This document shows positions 1 to 12,205 of a DNA stretch of 32,000 bases, one piece after another. The notes below the pieces were generated by a model. That model did not search any database, had not been told where the DNA came from, and worked only from the letters and a program-made list of their open reading frames with translations. This stretch comes from Blochmannia endosymbiont of Camponotus modoc (lineage in GTDB: Bacteria; Pseudomonadota; Gammaproteobacteria; Enterobacterales; Enterobacteriaceae), in contig NZ_CP097765.1 of assembly GCF_023585785.1 (NCBI RefSeq), positions 758,675-790,674 on the forward strand. The letters are read 5' to 3'. The translations under genes were made by a program, and so were the position numbers. Numbering within the stretch: the stretch's first letter is position 1; the number at the start of each line of letters is the position of its first letter.

Positions 1-133
1 GTTTTTAAATTATTGAGTTCTTTCTTATGTTAATAATTTTTACCGTACGATTTAACATTTTAAGTAGATATGTTTAGGTTTAGTACGATTTTGATATTAC
101 AAAACATTATTATCATGAGGGTATATAAAAAAA

Positions 134-1348
134 ATGAAACGCGCTGTTATCACTGGTTTAGGGATTATATCAAGTATTGGAAATAATCAGAATGAAGTTT
201 TGGTTTCTTTAAAAAATGGTAAATCTGGGGTCACTTTTTCTCAAGAATTAGAAGAATCTGGAATGCGTAGTCATGTTTGGGGTAATATTAAACTTAATAC
301 ATCAGGATTAATTGATCGTAAGATTGCTCGCTTTATGAGTGATGCATCTATTTATACTTATTTATCTATGGAACAGGCCATAATAGATTCTGGATTGTCT
401 GAAGGTATGGTTTCTAATGATCAAACAGGATTGATTGTCGGATCTGGAGGGGGATCTCCACGTAATCAAGTTTCTGGATCTAATGGAATGCGTTTGCGTG
501 GTTTGAGAGGAGTGGGTCCTTATATGGTAACTAAATCTATGGCTTCAGGTGTATCAGCATGCTTGGCTACTTCTTTTAAAATTCGTGGGGTCAGTTATTC
601 TATTAGCTCCGCTTGTTCTACATCTACACATTGTATCGGAAATGCGGTTGAATTAATTCAATCAGGAAAACAATCTATTATTTTTGCTGGAGGCGGAGAG
701 GAATTATGTTGGGAAATGGCTTGTGAATTTGATGCTATGGGCGCCTTATCTACGAAGTATAATACGACACCAGAGAGAGCATCTCGTCCTTATGACATTA
801 ATAGAGATGGATTCGTAATTGCGGGAGGCGGAGGGATAGTTGTAATAGAAGAGTTAACGCATGCTTTAAGTCGTGGAGCTTATATTTATGCAGAAATTGT
901 TGGGTATGGAGCTACGTCTGATGGATGTGACATGGTTGCTCCTTCTGGAGAAGGAGCAATTCGATGCATGAAAATGGCATTAAGAAATGTTGGAGGTTCG
1001 ATAGATTATCTTAATGTGCACGGTACATCAACTCAAATAGGTGATATTAAAGAAATTTGGGCTATTCGTGAAATTTTTGGTGATCAACATCCTTCTTTTT
1101 CTTCTACTAAGTCAATGACCGGCCATTCATTAGGTGCCGCTGGAGTTCATGAAACTATTTTTACTTTATTAATGTTAAAACATAATTTTATCGCTCCAAG
1201 TATTAATATCGATCATTTAGATCCATATATGAAAAACATGAAAATTATTGTTAATAATTCTGTTTATCGTAAATTGAAAACAGCCATGACTAATAGTTTT
1301 GGGTTCGGAGGAACAAATGCTACATTAATTATGAGTAAATATTCCTGA
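134..1348 (+). CDS. fabB: 3-oxoacyl-[acyl-carrier-protein] synthase I (KAS I)
   Basis: 404 aa ORF; active-site motif [65 protein letters not shown]; near-identical layout to E. coli FabB. Confidence 0.98.
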   Translation: MKRAVITGLGIISSIGNNQNEVLVSLKNGKSGVTFSQELEESGMRSHVWGNIKLNTSGLIDRKIARFMSDASIYTYLSMEQAIIDSGLSEGMVSNDQTGLIVGSGGGSPRNQVSGSNGMRLRGLRGVGPYMVTKSMASGVSACLATSFKIRGVSYSISSACSTSTHCIGNAVELIQSGKQSIIFAGGGEELCWEMACEFDAMGALSTKYNTTPERASRPYDINRDGFVIAGGGGIVVIEELTHALSRGAYIYAEIVGYGATSDGCDMVAPSGEGAIRCMKMALRNVGGSIDYLNVHGTSTQIGDIKEIWAIREIFGDQHPSFSSTKSMTGHSLGAAGVHETIFTLLMLKHNFIAPSINIDHLDPYMKNMKIIVNNSVYRKLKTAMTNSFGFGGTNATLIMSKYS

Positions 1349-1388
1349 ATGTTTTGTCAATATTTTGGTTATATAAGATTTAGTGCCG

Positions 1389-1422
1389 TACATTGTATTT
1401 TATGTGTATAAAATACAATGTA
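1389..1422. repeat. perfect 15-bp inverted repeat / hairpin downstream of fabB
   Basis: tacattgtattttat-gtgt-ataaaatacaatgta: arms 1389-1403 and 1408-1422, 4-nt loop, about 40 nt after the fabB stop; no T-tract follows. Confidence 0.75.
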
Positions 1423-1554
1423 TAATTGTAAATGTGTATGTTCAGGGATGTTGAGGTTTAAACTTATATTACATTTATATGATCGGATATGACGAATCAT
1501 GCAAGCGTGGTGAGTAGTTATTATGATTATTTTAATTTTTGCATAATATAGTAA

Positions 1555-2697
<1,143 letters not shown>

Positions 2698-3200
2698 AAT
2701 TATATTTGTGTATGTGTTGTATTGCATCTATGTTTACTAGTTTTGGATTGTAATGCATATTGAGTGGGTTATGACTGTATTTTTTTAGGGTAAAGAGTTT
2801 TTGTATTATACAAGCATTTTTTAAGGATTATTGTGTGTATGTGTTGAAAAGTGTTTTATGTACAATTTATTCTGAGTTAGGTATATCTATTTTTATATAT
2901 AGTAGATAAGCGTTCATATTTTTTGTTGATAAAAGAATGACATGTAGTATATGGATTTTCCCATTAACAGTTATTACGTGTTGATTTTACGATATTTTTT
3001 ATCTTTTGAAGATATAGATTATGAACCCATTGTGCTTTGCGGTTCCATTTTCATTGAATTTAATTAGCTTGTGTTTTATGTGTATGCATTGTTTTGTTAA
3101 TATAAAATATCAGTTATGTATCTTTATATTTAATTGGAACTCATGTAAACAGTATTAATCTCATATAGATTCATCATATATTTATAAAAGTTATAGTGTA

Positions 3201-3986
3201 ATGCAAAAATTAGCTTTAGGCATTGAATACGATGGGTCTTGGTACTGCGGCTGGCAAAGACAAAGAGATGCGCCAAGTATCCAGAGTTACATAGAAAACG
3301 CTATAAAAAAAATAACAGATGAGTCAGTAACGGTATTTTGTGCGGGCAGAACCGATTCTGGAGTACACGCTTTGGGACAAGTTGTTCATTTTGAAACTTA
3401 TTCTCGGCGCTCAAAATCAGCTTGGACATTGGGTATGAATCGTTATTTGCCGTCAAGTATTTGCGTACGCTGGGCTAAATTAGTAAATAAAAACTTCCAT
3501 GCTCGCTTTAGCGCTATTTCTCGTCGTTACTGTTATATAATCAATAATAGTTGTATACGATCTGCTTTGTTATTTAGAAAAACTTGGCATTATAAAAAAT
3601 ATTTAGATCACAATAAAATGTGTGATGCTGCTCAGTATTTATTAGGAGAAAATGACTTCTCTTCGTTTCGTGCCGCAGGGTGTCAGTCATATTCAACGCG
3701 AAGGAAATTATATCATATACGTATCATACGAAAAGGTCAATGTATTGTGATAGATATTAAAGCTAATTCTTTTATGTATCGTATGGTACGAAATATTGTA
3801 GGTAGTTTAGTAAAAGTTGGTTGTGGGGAGCAACCAGAAACATGGATTGCAGAGTTATTAGAAAATTGCAATAGATCACTAGCTGGTGTAACAGCTCCAG
3901 CTAGTGGTTTATATTTGGTGGAAGTTAAATATCCTTCAGATTTTTCTATCCCTTCTTCTTTCATCGAAGAACTGTGGTGTGCATAA
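3201..3986 (+). CDS. truA: tRNA pseudouridine(38-40) synthase
   Basis: 261 aa; catalytic Asp motif AGRTDSGVHALGQVVHF, MVRNIVGSLVKVG, GLYLVEVKYP. Confidence 0.96.
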   Translation: MQKLALGIEYDGSWYCGWQRQRDAPSIQSYIENAIKKITDESVTVFCAGRTDSGVHALGQVVHFETYSRRSKSAWTLGMNRYLPSSICVRWAKLVNKNFHARFSAISRRYCYIINNSCIRSALLFRKTWHYKKYLDHNKMCDAAQYLLGENDFSSFRAAGCQSYSTRRKLYHIRIIRKGQCIVIDIKANSFMYRMVRNIVGSLVKVGCGEQPETWIAELLENCNRSLAGVTAPASGLYLVEVKYPSDFSIPSSFIEELWCA

Positions 3987-4332
3987 ATATTTTACATTTT
4001 GTATTGCATTATTATCATATTTGCACATATTTCTGTGAATCTATGTTCTAATGAGAAATGAATTACATGTTTATAATTATTTTTATAAGATGTCTTTATG
4101 CGATTGAATTATTTTTATTATATTTTGAAAAATATGTACATGAAAATAATTATATATATCATATATTCGACGTAGTATATTACTCTCAATGAGGCGGTAG
4201 TTCTATTAAGCTATATTTTTAATAATGGATTTATTTTTTATAAATAATTTATGAACATGGAATTATTAATATTTACAATATATAAATATATGTTAAACAT
4301 GTTTAATTTTGTTAAAAATTTAAAGGTTAAAA

Positions 4333-5217
4333 ATGAGTTGGATTGAACGAATTCTTAATAAAAGCACCATTATACCCACCAGAAAAATAAATATTCCAGA
4401 GGGAATATGGACTAAGTGTGATAATTGTGGCCAATTATTATATAAAAAAGAGTTAGAACGTAATTTAGAAGTGTGTCCTAAATGCGATCATCATATGAGA
4501 ATTGCAGCGAGGGTACGTTTATTTTCCTTTTTAGATCAAGGAAGTACATCTGAATTAGGAAGTGAATTCGAACCCAAAGATATTTTGAAGTTTAGAGATT
4601 CGAAAAGATATAAAGATCGTTTAATTTCAGCACAAAAAATAACAAAAGAAAAAGATGCATTGATAGTTATGCAGGGTACTTTATATGGTATGAAGATTGT
4701 TGCTGCTTCTTTTGAATTCGCTTTTATTGGCGGATCGATGTCTTCTGTAGTGGGAGCTCGTTTTGTGCATGCAGTAAATCAAGCCTTAAAAATTAGGTGT
4801 CCATTAGTTTGTTTTACTGCAAGTGGTGGTGCTCGTATGCAAGAAGCTCTTATGTCTTTAATGCAAATGGCGAGGACTAGTGCCGCGTTAGCTAATTTAC
4901 ATGAGCGGTGTTTACCATATATTTCTGTTTTAACTAATCCTACTATGGGAGGAGTATCCGCTAGCTTAGCCATGCTAGGCGATCTGAATATTGCTGAGCC
5001 AAAAGCACTGATAGGATTTGCTGGGCCTAGGATTATTGAGCAAACAGTTCGAGAAAAATTACCGTTGGGATTTCAACGCAGTGAATTTTTGTTGGAAAAA
5101 GGATCGATTGATCTAATTGTACGTAGACCAGATTTACGATTTAAAGTAGCAGGATTATTAGCTAAGTTAACTCAACAACCAATACCAAAAGTTGATTATA
5201 GGCATTCTGTTGAATAG
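4333..5217 (+). CDS. accD: acetyl-CoA carboxylase carboxyltransferase subunit beta
   Basis: 294 aa; N-terminal zinc ribbon [29 protein letters not shown]; [19 protein letters not shown]; [13 protein letters not shown]. Confidence 0.97.
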   Translation: MSWIERILNKSTIIPTRKINIPEGIWTKCDNCGQLLYKKELERNLEVCPKCDHHMRIAARVRLFSFLDQGSTSELGSEFEPKDILKFRDSKRYKDRLISAQKITKEKDALIVMQGTLYGMKIVAASFEFAFIGGSMSSVVGARFVHAVNQALKIRCPLVCFTASGGARMQEALMSLMQMARTSAALANLHERCLPYISVLTNPTMGGVSASLAMLGDLNIAEPKALIGFAGPRIIEQTVREKLPLGFQRSEFLLEKGSIDLIVRRPDLRFKVAGLLAKLTQQPIPKVDYRHSVE

Positions 5218-5282
5218 ATACCTATATTTGTATTAATTTATATCCATGCAAAATACTACAATAATTAAAATTTTTGTAAAAT

Positions 5283-6560
5283 ATGAATAAAATTTTTCAT
5301 ACTCCCACCGTGCAATCATCTCTTGGAAAATGGCTGCATTATATTGAATCTTTAAGTCATATATTAATTGATTTAAATCTCGATAGGGTACGAAAAATAG
5401 CTACTGATCTTGACTTAATACATCCCGCAGAGTATGTTATACTAGTCGGAGGTACAAATGGTAAGGGTACCACATGTTGTTTATTAGAAACTATTTTATT
5501 AAATAATAATAATACAGTTGGTTTGTATACTTCTCCCCATCTACTTTCTTATAATGAACGGATTCGAGTGTGTGGAAAAGAGCTGCCGGATAGTACGCAT
5601 ATTGAAGCATTATCTGTTATAGAGTCCGCACGTCATCATATTGCACTAACTTATTTTGAATTTATTACTTTGTCTGCTTTGTATATATTTAAACGGGCTA
5701 AATTAGATTTAGTTATTCTTGAAGTTGGATTAGGTGGTAGATTAGATGCTACAAATATTGTCAACCCTGATATTTCTGTAATTACTAATTTTGCAATAGA
5801 TCATACTGATTTTTTAGGTATAAACCGTGATATGATTGCACAGGAAAAATCAGGTATTTTTCGTTTTAAAAAACCAGCAGTAATTGGTGAAAGTTGTTTT
5901 CCAGTGATTGCGCGAAAAATGGCGCAATATTGCGGAGCAATGTTGTTTGCGCGTGGAAGGGATTGGAATTTTCGTGTTTATGGAAATAAATGGATTTGGT
6001 GGGGGGAGCGCTCTAATGATTGTAGATTATTACATGATTTACCGTTACCTATAATCCCAATAGAAAATGCCGCTACAGCGTTAAGCGTATTATATTGGTT
6101 ACCTTTTTTGGTTGATAAAACAGCAATAAGCTATGGGTTGCAAGTAGCTACTTTGCCAGGACGTTTTCAAATAGTTACTCGCAGACCGTTTGCAATATTA
6201 GATGTAGGGCATAATCCTCATGCTGCTCATTATTTGACTCAACGATTATCTGTTATTCTTTTAAGAAGGACAGGTAAAGTGAGAATGGTTATAGGAATGT
6301 TAAAAAATAAGGATATTAAAGGTACCATATGTTGTTTAAATCATTTAGTTGATATCTGGTATTGTTCTGATTTAAATGTCCCGTTTTCTGCGAGTTCTGT
6401 AGAACTATCTGATTGTTTGTTGAATTGTAATGTTCAGAGATTTAGTAATATATTAGATGCTTGGAATCAGGCTGTATTAGATGCATCATTTGATGATTGC
6501 ATTTTAGTATTTGGATCCTTTCATGCTGTCAGTCCAATTATGAGAAATATAATGAAATAG
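5283..6560 (+). CDS. folC: bifunctional folylpolyglutamate synthase / dihydrofolate synthase
   Basis: 425 aa; P-loop GGTNGKGTTCCLLE, SPHLLSYNERIRV, TYFEFITLSAL, LEVGLGGRLDATNIV, DVGHNPHAAHYL. Confidence 0.95.
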   Translation: MNKIFHTPTVQSSLGKWLHYIESLSHILIDLNLDRVRKIATDLDLIHPAEYVILVGGTNGKGTTCCLLETILLNNNNTVGLYTSPHLLSYNERIRVCGKELPDSTHIEALSVIESARHHIALTYFEFITLSALYIFKRAKLDLVILEVGLGGRLDATNIVNPDISVITNFAIDHTDFLGINRDMIAQEKSGIFRFKKPAVIGESCFPVIARKMAQYCGAMLFARGRDWNFRVYGNKWIWWGERSNDCRLLHDLPLPIIPIENAATALSVLYWLPFLVDKTAISYGLQVATLPGRFQIVTRRPFAILDVGHNPHAAHYLTQRLSVILLRRTGKVRMVIGMLKNKDIKGTICCLNHLVDIWYCSDLNVPFSASSVELSDCLLNCNVQRFSNILDAWNQAVLDASFDDCILVFGSFHAVSPIMRNIMK

Positions 6561-6906
6561 TTATAAATTTATATTTTGGTGTATATGCTGATCAGTGTTA
6601 GGAAATTATGGTCTTTGATGTTCTTGTTATTAAATAGTTTTACATTAATTATTTAATATTAATATAAGTAGAAAATAGAAAATCAAAAACTAATGATCTT
6701 AGGTCGTTAGATATTTTAGTTGTATATAAATTGTATGTGTCAGAAAATTGATCGTAAATTAATTAAATAAATTTAGAGAAATTATTTTTCTATTATTTTG
6801 TGATTATTTATTTGGAAATTGCATTCTTTAAGAGAATGCTATCAGTAATATATTGAATTTTAAATTTTAGTTAATTTAATTTATATTTTATACTTATGAT
6901 CGCTGT

Positions 6907-6943
6907 AATATATATTATATATGTTCTATATATAATATATATT
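6907..6943. repeat. perfect 16-bp AT-only inverted repeat in the folC-nuoA spacer
   Basis: aatatatattatatat-gttct-atatataatatatatt: arms 6907-6922 and 6928-6943, 5-nt loop. Confidence 0.65.
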
Positions 6944-7207
6944 TTGTGCAAGGATACACCAGTTACTATATAGTATACAGAATCATATCGCCCATTGTGT
7001 TGTATAATGCTGTATGTATGGGGTTTTGTATCATTTTTTTAATTTTAACTTGTACCAAATAAAAATGGATATAGTAAATAGTTTTATAGATTCATGAAAT
7101 CAATTATTAAGTATGTCATTATGAGTGTATTTTTAATGAAACGGGATAGTAAAAATTTAAATGTTTATGTTTTATAGTAGTGAAACTTATAATTTGATGT
7201 AAATGTA

Positions 7208-7669
7208 GTGTTCAATAACAAAAAAAAGCAGGTATATAATTTGTGTGATACTTATCATTGGGGTTTAATAGCATTTATAGTTGGAATCTTATTTTTATGT
7301 GTTTTTATGTTGTCTTGTGGATATTTTCTGGGAGGATGTTCAAGTTCACGTTCTAAAAATGTGCCATTTGAGTCGGGAATTAAATCTATAGGGAATGCTA
7401 GAATACAATTCTCTGTTAAATTTTACTTAATTGCGATGTTTTTTGTAATTTTTGATGTAGAAGGAATATATGTATATGCTTGGGCTGTATCTGTGCGAGA
7501 TGTGGGTTGGATAGGGTTTAGTGAGATTTTTATTTTTATTTTTGTTTTATTAGTAAGTTTAGTATATTTGATACGAATTGGTATGTTTGATTGGATAGAA
7601 CAATCATCACGATATGTCCATTGTGTAGATGATTTTGATATTGATACTTCGAGATATTTAAAAAAGTAA
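7208..7669 (+). CDS. nuoA: NADH-quinone oxidoreductase subunit A
   Basis: 153 aa, GTG start; RSKNVPFESGI, SVKFYLIAMFFVIFDVEGIYVYAW. Confidence 0.95.
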   Translation: MFNNKKKQVYNLCDTYHWGLIAFIVGILFLCVFMLSCGYFLGGCSSSRSKNVPFESGIKSIGNARIQFSVKFYLIAMFFVIFDVEGIYVYAWAVSVRDVGWIGFSEIFIFIFVLLVSLVYLIRIGMFDWIEQSSRYVHCVDDFDIDTSRYLKK

Positions 7670-7684
7670 TAAAAGGTAGCAGAT

Positions 7685-8395
7685 ATGAAATATACTTTAA
7701 CGACAGCTCGAACAGATAATAGTGAAGATGAGCAATATCCTCTTCAAGAAAAGAAGATTGTGACAGATCCGTTAGAAAAGAATATTCAACGGAATGTTTT
7801 TTTTGGAAAATTAAGTGTTTTTTTACATAAAATTGTTAATTGGGGACGAGGCAATTCTTTATGGCCTTATAATTTTGGATTATCCTGTTGTTATGTTGAA
7901 ATGACTACCGCGTTCACTGCAGTACATGATGTTGCTCGGTTTGGTTCAGAAGTGCTACGCGCCTCTCCTCGTCAAGCGGATTTTATGGTTATAGCGGGTA
8001 CTCCGTTTCTTAAAATGGTGCCAGTAATACAACGATTATATGATCAAATGTTAGAGCCTAAGTGGGTGATTTCTATGGGGGCTTGCGCGAATTCTGGAGG
8101 TATGTATGATATTTATTCTGTGGTGCAAGGAGTAGATAAATTTCTTCCTGTAGACGTCTATATTCCTGGATGCCCACCTAGACCTGAAGCGTATATTCAG
8201 GGGTTATTATTATTAAAAAAGTCTATTAATGAAGAACGACGTCCACTTTCTTGGGTGTTGGGAGGTAAAGGAATATATAGAAGAAATATGGAGTCAGAGC
8301 GTCAACGTAAACATAATGCCCGCATAGCAGAAACTATTTTCTCTTCTCCAGATGATGAACTTAATGTATATTCAAAACAAAATGGCGAGGCATAA
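7685..8395 (+). CDS. nuoB: NADH-quinone oxidoreductase subunit B (N2 cluster subunit)
   Basis: 236 aa; [34 protein letters not shown] cluster-binding cysteines present. Confidence 0.97.
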   Translation: MKYTLTTARTDNSEDEQYPLQEKKIVTDPLEKNIQRNVFFGKLSVFLHKIVNWGRGNSLWPYNFGLSCCYVEMTTAFTAVHDVARFGSEVLRASPRQADFMVIAGTPFLKMVPVIQRLYDQMLEPKWVISMGACANSGGMYDIYSVVQGVDKFLPVDVYIPGCPPRPEAYIQGLLLLKKSINEERRPLSWVLGGKGIYRRNMESERQRKHNARIAETIFSSPDDELNVYSKQNGEA

Positions 8396-8434
8396 TCAAT
8401 ATTTTAAGAGTTTTTGTGATATAATTATCATTAG

Positions 8435-10225
8435 TTGGTAGATATTATGCGTAATGATTCTACAGGTGCATCTTTAATTAAAAATATTTACCCGATATTA
8501 GATGATTTATTTTCTGTATTCAGTTCTGTAGACTTTGTGCTACAACCTACTCATACTGGAATTTTGATCATTTGGATCAAACGTGAGATGGTAATCCCGG
8601 TGTTGACATTTTTAAAAACAACATCAAAACCGTATATTATGTTATATGATTTGCATGGTATAGATGAAAGGTTGCGTATACATCGCGAAGGATTGCCAAA
8701 ATCAGATTTTACAGTGTTTTATCATTTAATTTCCATATTACGTAATGATGATGTAATAATAAAAGTTCCTTTGCTAGAGCAATCTCTATACGTGGAGACA
8801 ATAGTGTCTGTGTTTAAAAATGCGAATTGGTATGAACGGGAAACGTGGGAAATGTTTGGAATTCATTTTGATAAGCATCCTAATTTAACGCGTATAATTA
8901 TGCCAAAAAACTGGAATGGATATCCGTTACGCAAAGAATATCCAGCTCGTGCTACAGAATTTAATCCTTTTATTCTTACGAAACAAAAAGAAGATTTAGC
9001 AATGGAAGGATTATTATTTAAACCTGAAGAATGGGGAATGCATAGACATAGTAAACATGAAAATTTTATGTTTCTTAATTTAGGACCTAATCATCCTTCA
9101 GTGCATGGAGTATTTCGTATGATTTTACAATTAAATGGAGAAGAAATTATAGATTGTGTTCCAGATATTGGTTATCATCATCGAGGTGCTGAAAAAATGG
9201 GAGAACGACAAACTTGGCATAGTTACATTCCTTATACTGATCGCATTGAATATTTAGGGGGCTGCGTCAATGAAATGCCCTATATTTTAGCTGTTGAAAA
9301 ACTTGCTGGAATTGTGGTACCGGATAGAGTAAAAGTGATCCGCATTATGCTGTCTGAATTATTTAGAATTAATAGTCATTTGTTGTATATTAGCACTTAT
9401 TTACAAGATGTAGGTGCTATGTCTCCAGTTTTTTTAGCGTTCACTGACAGACAGAAGATTTATGATGTTATTGAATCAATTACCGGCTCTCGTATGCATC
9501 CGGCATGGTTTCGTATTGGGGGGGTTGCTCATGATTTGCCTAGAGGTTGGGAGTGTTTATTAAGAAAATGTCTTGACTGGATTCCAAATCGTGTTTCTTT
9601 TTATGTTAAATCAACATTGGAAAACAGTATATTTAAAAAACGAGCGTGTGGTATTGGTGCATATAATTCCAAAGACGCATTAGATTGGGGAGTAACTGGA
9701 GCAGGATTGCGTGCAACTGGCATTGAATTTGATATACGTAAGTCACGTCCTTATTCTGGATATGAAAATTTTGATTTTGATGTACCAATAGGAAATGGAA
9801 TCAGCGATTCTTACAGTCGAGTAATGTTAAAAGTAGAAGAAATATATCAAAGTGTACGTATTTTGGAACAATGTTTGCAGAACATGCCAATAGGTCCATT
9901 TAAATCAGATCACCCTTTAGCAACTCCTCCTATGAAAGAATACGCCCTACAACATATAGAGACTCTCATTAATCATTTTCTGCAAGTATCATGGGGTCCT
10001 GTTATCCCAGCTAATGAGTCCTTTCAAATGATTGAAGCCACAAAAGGTATTAATAGTTATTATTTAATTAGTGATGGAAATACCATGAGTTATCGTACTC
10101 GTATTCGTACTCCTAGTTTTCCTCATTTACAGCAGATTCCACATGTTATTCGTGGTAGTTTAATATCTGATTTAATTGTGTATTTAGGTAGCATTGATTT
10201 TGTTATGTCTGATGTAGATCGTTAA
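8435..10225 (+). CDS. nuoCD: fused NADH-quinone oxidoreductase subunit C/D
   Basis: 596 aa; [13 protein letters not shown] (C part), [39 protein letters not shown] (D part). TTG start at 8435 gives MVDIM, paralleling E. coli MVNNM; an in-frame ATG at 8447 is an alternative start. Confidence 0.97.
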   Translation: MVDIMRNDSTGASLIKNIYPILDDLFSVFSSVDFVLQPTHTGILIIWIKREMVIPVLTFLKTTSKPYIMLYDLHGIDERLRIHREGLPKSDFTVFYHLISILRNDDVIIKVPLLEQSLYVETIVSVFKNANWYERETWEMFGIHFDKHPNLTRIIMPKNWNGYPLRKEYPARATEFNPFILTKQKEDLAMEGLLFKPEEWGMHRHSKHENFMFLNLGPNHPSVHGVFRMILQLNGEEIIDCVPDIGYHHRGAEKMGERQTWHSYIPYTDRIEYLGGCVNEMPYILAVEKLAGIVVPDRVKVIRIMLSELFRINSHLLYISTYLQDVGAMSPVFLAFTDRQKIYDVIESITGSRMHPAWFRIGGVAHDLPRGWECLLRKCLDWIPNRVSFYVKSTLENSIFKKRACGIGAYNSKDALDWGVTGAGLRATGIEFDIRKSRPYSGYENFDFDVPIGNGISDSYSRVMLKVEEIYQSVRILEQCLQNMPIGPFKSDHPLATPPMKEYALQHIETLINHFLQVSWGPVIPANESFQMIEATKGINSYYLISDGNTMSYRTRIRTPSFPHLQQIPHVIRGSLISDLIVYLGSIDFVMSDVDR

Positions 10226-10238
10226 TAAATGGAGAAAT

Positions 10239-10760
10239 ATGAGTAATATTAAAATTAATGATACGTCTACTGGTTTAACTAGTAATGGTTTTTTTCAATT
10301 AAGTCAAGAAGAATATAATGCTATTCAAGAGGAATGTACACATTATGAAGATATGCGCTCCGTTTCTATTGAAGCGTTAAAAATTATTCAAAAAAATCAT
10401 GGGTGGGTACCAGATGAAGCAATTATATTGGTTGCTAAAATATTATGTATTTCTGCTGCTGATTTAGAAGGTGTCGCGACATTTTATAATCAAATTTTTC
10501 GTCAACCGGTAGGTCGTCATATCATTAGGTATTGTGATAGCGCGGTGTGTTACTTGGTTGGGTGTGAAAAAATTAAAAACACTTTAACATATCTGTTGAA
10601 TATTACAGTGGGTAGTACAACTTCAGATAATCGCTTTACCTTATTGCCTACTTGTTGTTTAGGTATTTGCGATAAAGCTCCAGTCATTATGATAGACAAA
10701 GATATTTATCCTTGTATAGTTCCGGAAACAATTACAAAATTGTTAGGACAGTATTTATGA
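10239..10760 (+). CDS. nuoE: NADH-quinone oxidoreductase subunit E
   Basis: 173 aa; [2Fe-2S] ligands CDSAVC and CCLGIC; preceded by ggag. Confidence 0.96.
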   Translation: MSNIKINDTSTGLTSNGFFQLSQEEYNAIQEECTHYEDMRSVSIEALKIIQKNHGWVPDEAIILVAKILCISAADLEGVATFYNQIFRQPVGRHIIRYCDSAVCYLVGCEKIKNTLTYLLNITVGSTTSDNRFTLLPTCCLGICDKAPVIMIDKDIYPCIVPETITKLLGQYL

Positions 10761-12088
10761 GCAATACTTATGATATTAGCGCAGAAAATAATCCACTTAC
10801 ATGGAGAATGCGTGACGATAAACAACCAGTATGGTTGCATGAATATAAATCTAAAAATGGGTATCGAGCCGCGTATAAAGCAATTACTCGAATGTCTCCA
10901 GAAGAGATTATTGGATTAGTTAGAAATTCAGGTTTAAGAGGTCGTGGCGGCGGGGGTTTTTTTACCGGAATAAAATGGTCCATGATGTCTCAAAGTAAGT
11001 CAGGCTGCTCTCGTTATTTAGTGTGTAATGCAGATGAAATGGAACCAGGAACTTATAAAGATCGATTTTTAATGGAACGATTGCCTCATTTATTATTAGA
11101 AGGTATATTAATTTCAAGTTATGCTTTAGGGGTATCACGAGCGTATATTTTTTTGAGATATGAATACATAATTGTGGCGAAATATTTAACTCGCGCTATA
11201 GCCGAGATTAAATCAATTGGATTGATTGGTAAAAACATATTGAATAGTGAGTTTAATTTTGAGTTATTCTTACATACAGGAGCTGGAAGATATATTTGTG
11301 GAGAAGAAACAGCGTTGATTAACGCTTTAGAAGGTCGTCGAGCAGTACCGCGTTCTAAACCACCGTTTCCAAGTCATGTAGGATTGTGGGGAAAACCTAC
11401 ATGTGTCAATAATGTTGAGACGTTATGTAACATTCCAGGAATTATTGAACATGGGACCATTTGGTATCAAAATATTTCTTCTAAAAAAAGCAATGATTCA
11501 GGTACAAAACTAATGGGATTTTCTGGTCGAGTAAAAAACCCAGGGGTTTGGGAGTTACCTTTTGGTACAACTGCTAGAGAAATTTTAGAAGATTATTCTC
11601 AAGGAATGTGTCCTGGTTTTAGCTTAAAAGCATGGCAACCTGGGGGTGTGAGTACAGATTTTTTAACTAAAGATCATTTAGATACACCTATGGATTTTGA
11701 TAATATTGCTATTTCTGGCAGTAGATTTGGAACTGGTATGGCAATAGCAATAGATAATACCATAAATATGGTGTCTTTAGTGCGTAATTTAGAAGAGTTT
11801 TTTTCACGAGAATCTTGTGGTTGGTGTACTCCTTGTAGAGATGGTTTACCGTGGATAGTAAAGTTATTGATTTCTTTGGAAAATAAAGATGGTAGGCCTG
11901 GAGACATAGAATTGTTAGAGAAATTGTGTTGTGTACTTGGACCTGGAAGGACTTTTTGTGCTCACGCCCCAGGAGCTATAGAACCTTTGAAAAGTGCTTT
12001 AAAATATTTCAAAAATGAATTTGAATTGGGTATTTATAAAGTTTATAAAAAGGAATTGAATCGTATTGCTTGTGTGCAAATTAATTAA
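10757..12088 (+). CDS. nuoF: NADH-quinone oxidoreductase subunit F (NADH-binding)
   Basis: Track ORF opens at a TTG (10712), but the ATG at 10757 overlaps the nuoE stop (ATGA) and gives the expected N-terminus ([19 protein letters not shown]). [39 protein letters not shown] motifs. Confidence 0.95.
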   Translation: MSNTYDISAENNPLTWRMRDDKQPVWLHEYKSKNGYRAAYKAITRMSPEEIIGLVRNSGLRGRGGGGFFTGIKWSMMSQSKSGCSRYLVCNADEMEPGTYKDRFLMERLPHLLLEGILISSYALGVSRAYIFLRYEYIIVAKYLTRAIAEIKSIGLIGKNILNSEFNFELFLHTGAGRYICGEETALINALEGRRAVPRSKPPFPSHVGLWGKPTCVNNVETLCNIPGIIEHGTIWYQNISSKKSNDSGTKLMGFSGRVKNPGVWELPFGTTAREILEDYSQGMCPGFSLKAWQPGGVSTDFLTKDHLDTPMDFDNIAISGSRFGTGMAIAIDNTINMVSLVRNLEEFFSRESCGWCTPCRDGLPWIVKLLISLENKDGRPGDIELLEKLCCVLGPGRTFCAHAPGAIEPLKSALKYFKNEFELGIYKVYKKELNRIACVQIN

Positions 12089-12205
12089 AGAATTTTTTAT
12101 CAAACATAAATATAATAATCATTTATATGTTCAATATAAAGAATGTACATTGATGATTTTTAAACTTTTTCAGGCACCAACAAAATATAAAATTGGTATA
12201 TTAAA

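Noticed and set aside
3737-3964. Antisense ORF inside truA
   Set aside because: Opposite strand of conserved TruA coding sequence, no independent support.
4779-4973. Antisense ORF inside accD
   Set aside because: Shadow of the AccD GGA/ASGG core; not family-like.
10712-10756. Upstream TTG start extending NuoF by 15 aa
   Set aside because: Extension lies entirely within nuoE in another frame; ATG at 10757 with classic ATGA overlap is far more likely.
12122-12140. 7-bp stem (tttatat-gttca-atataaa) in the nuoF-nuoG gap
   Set aside because: Short AT-only stem expected by chance at this base composition; the 117-nt gap itself is only mildly unusual.
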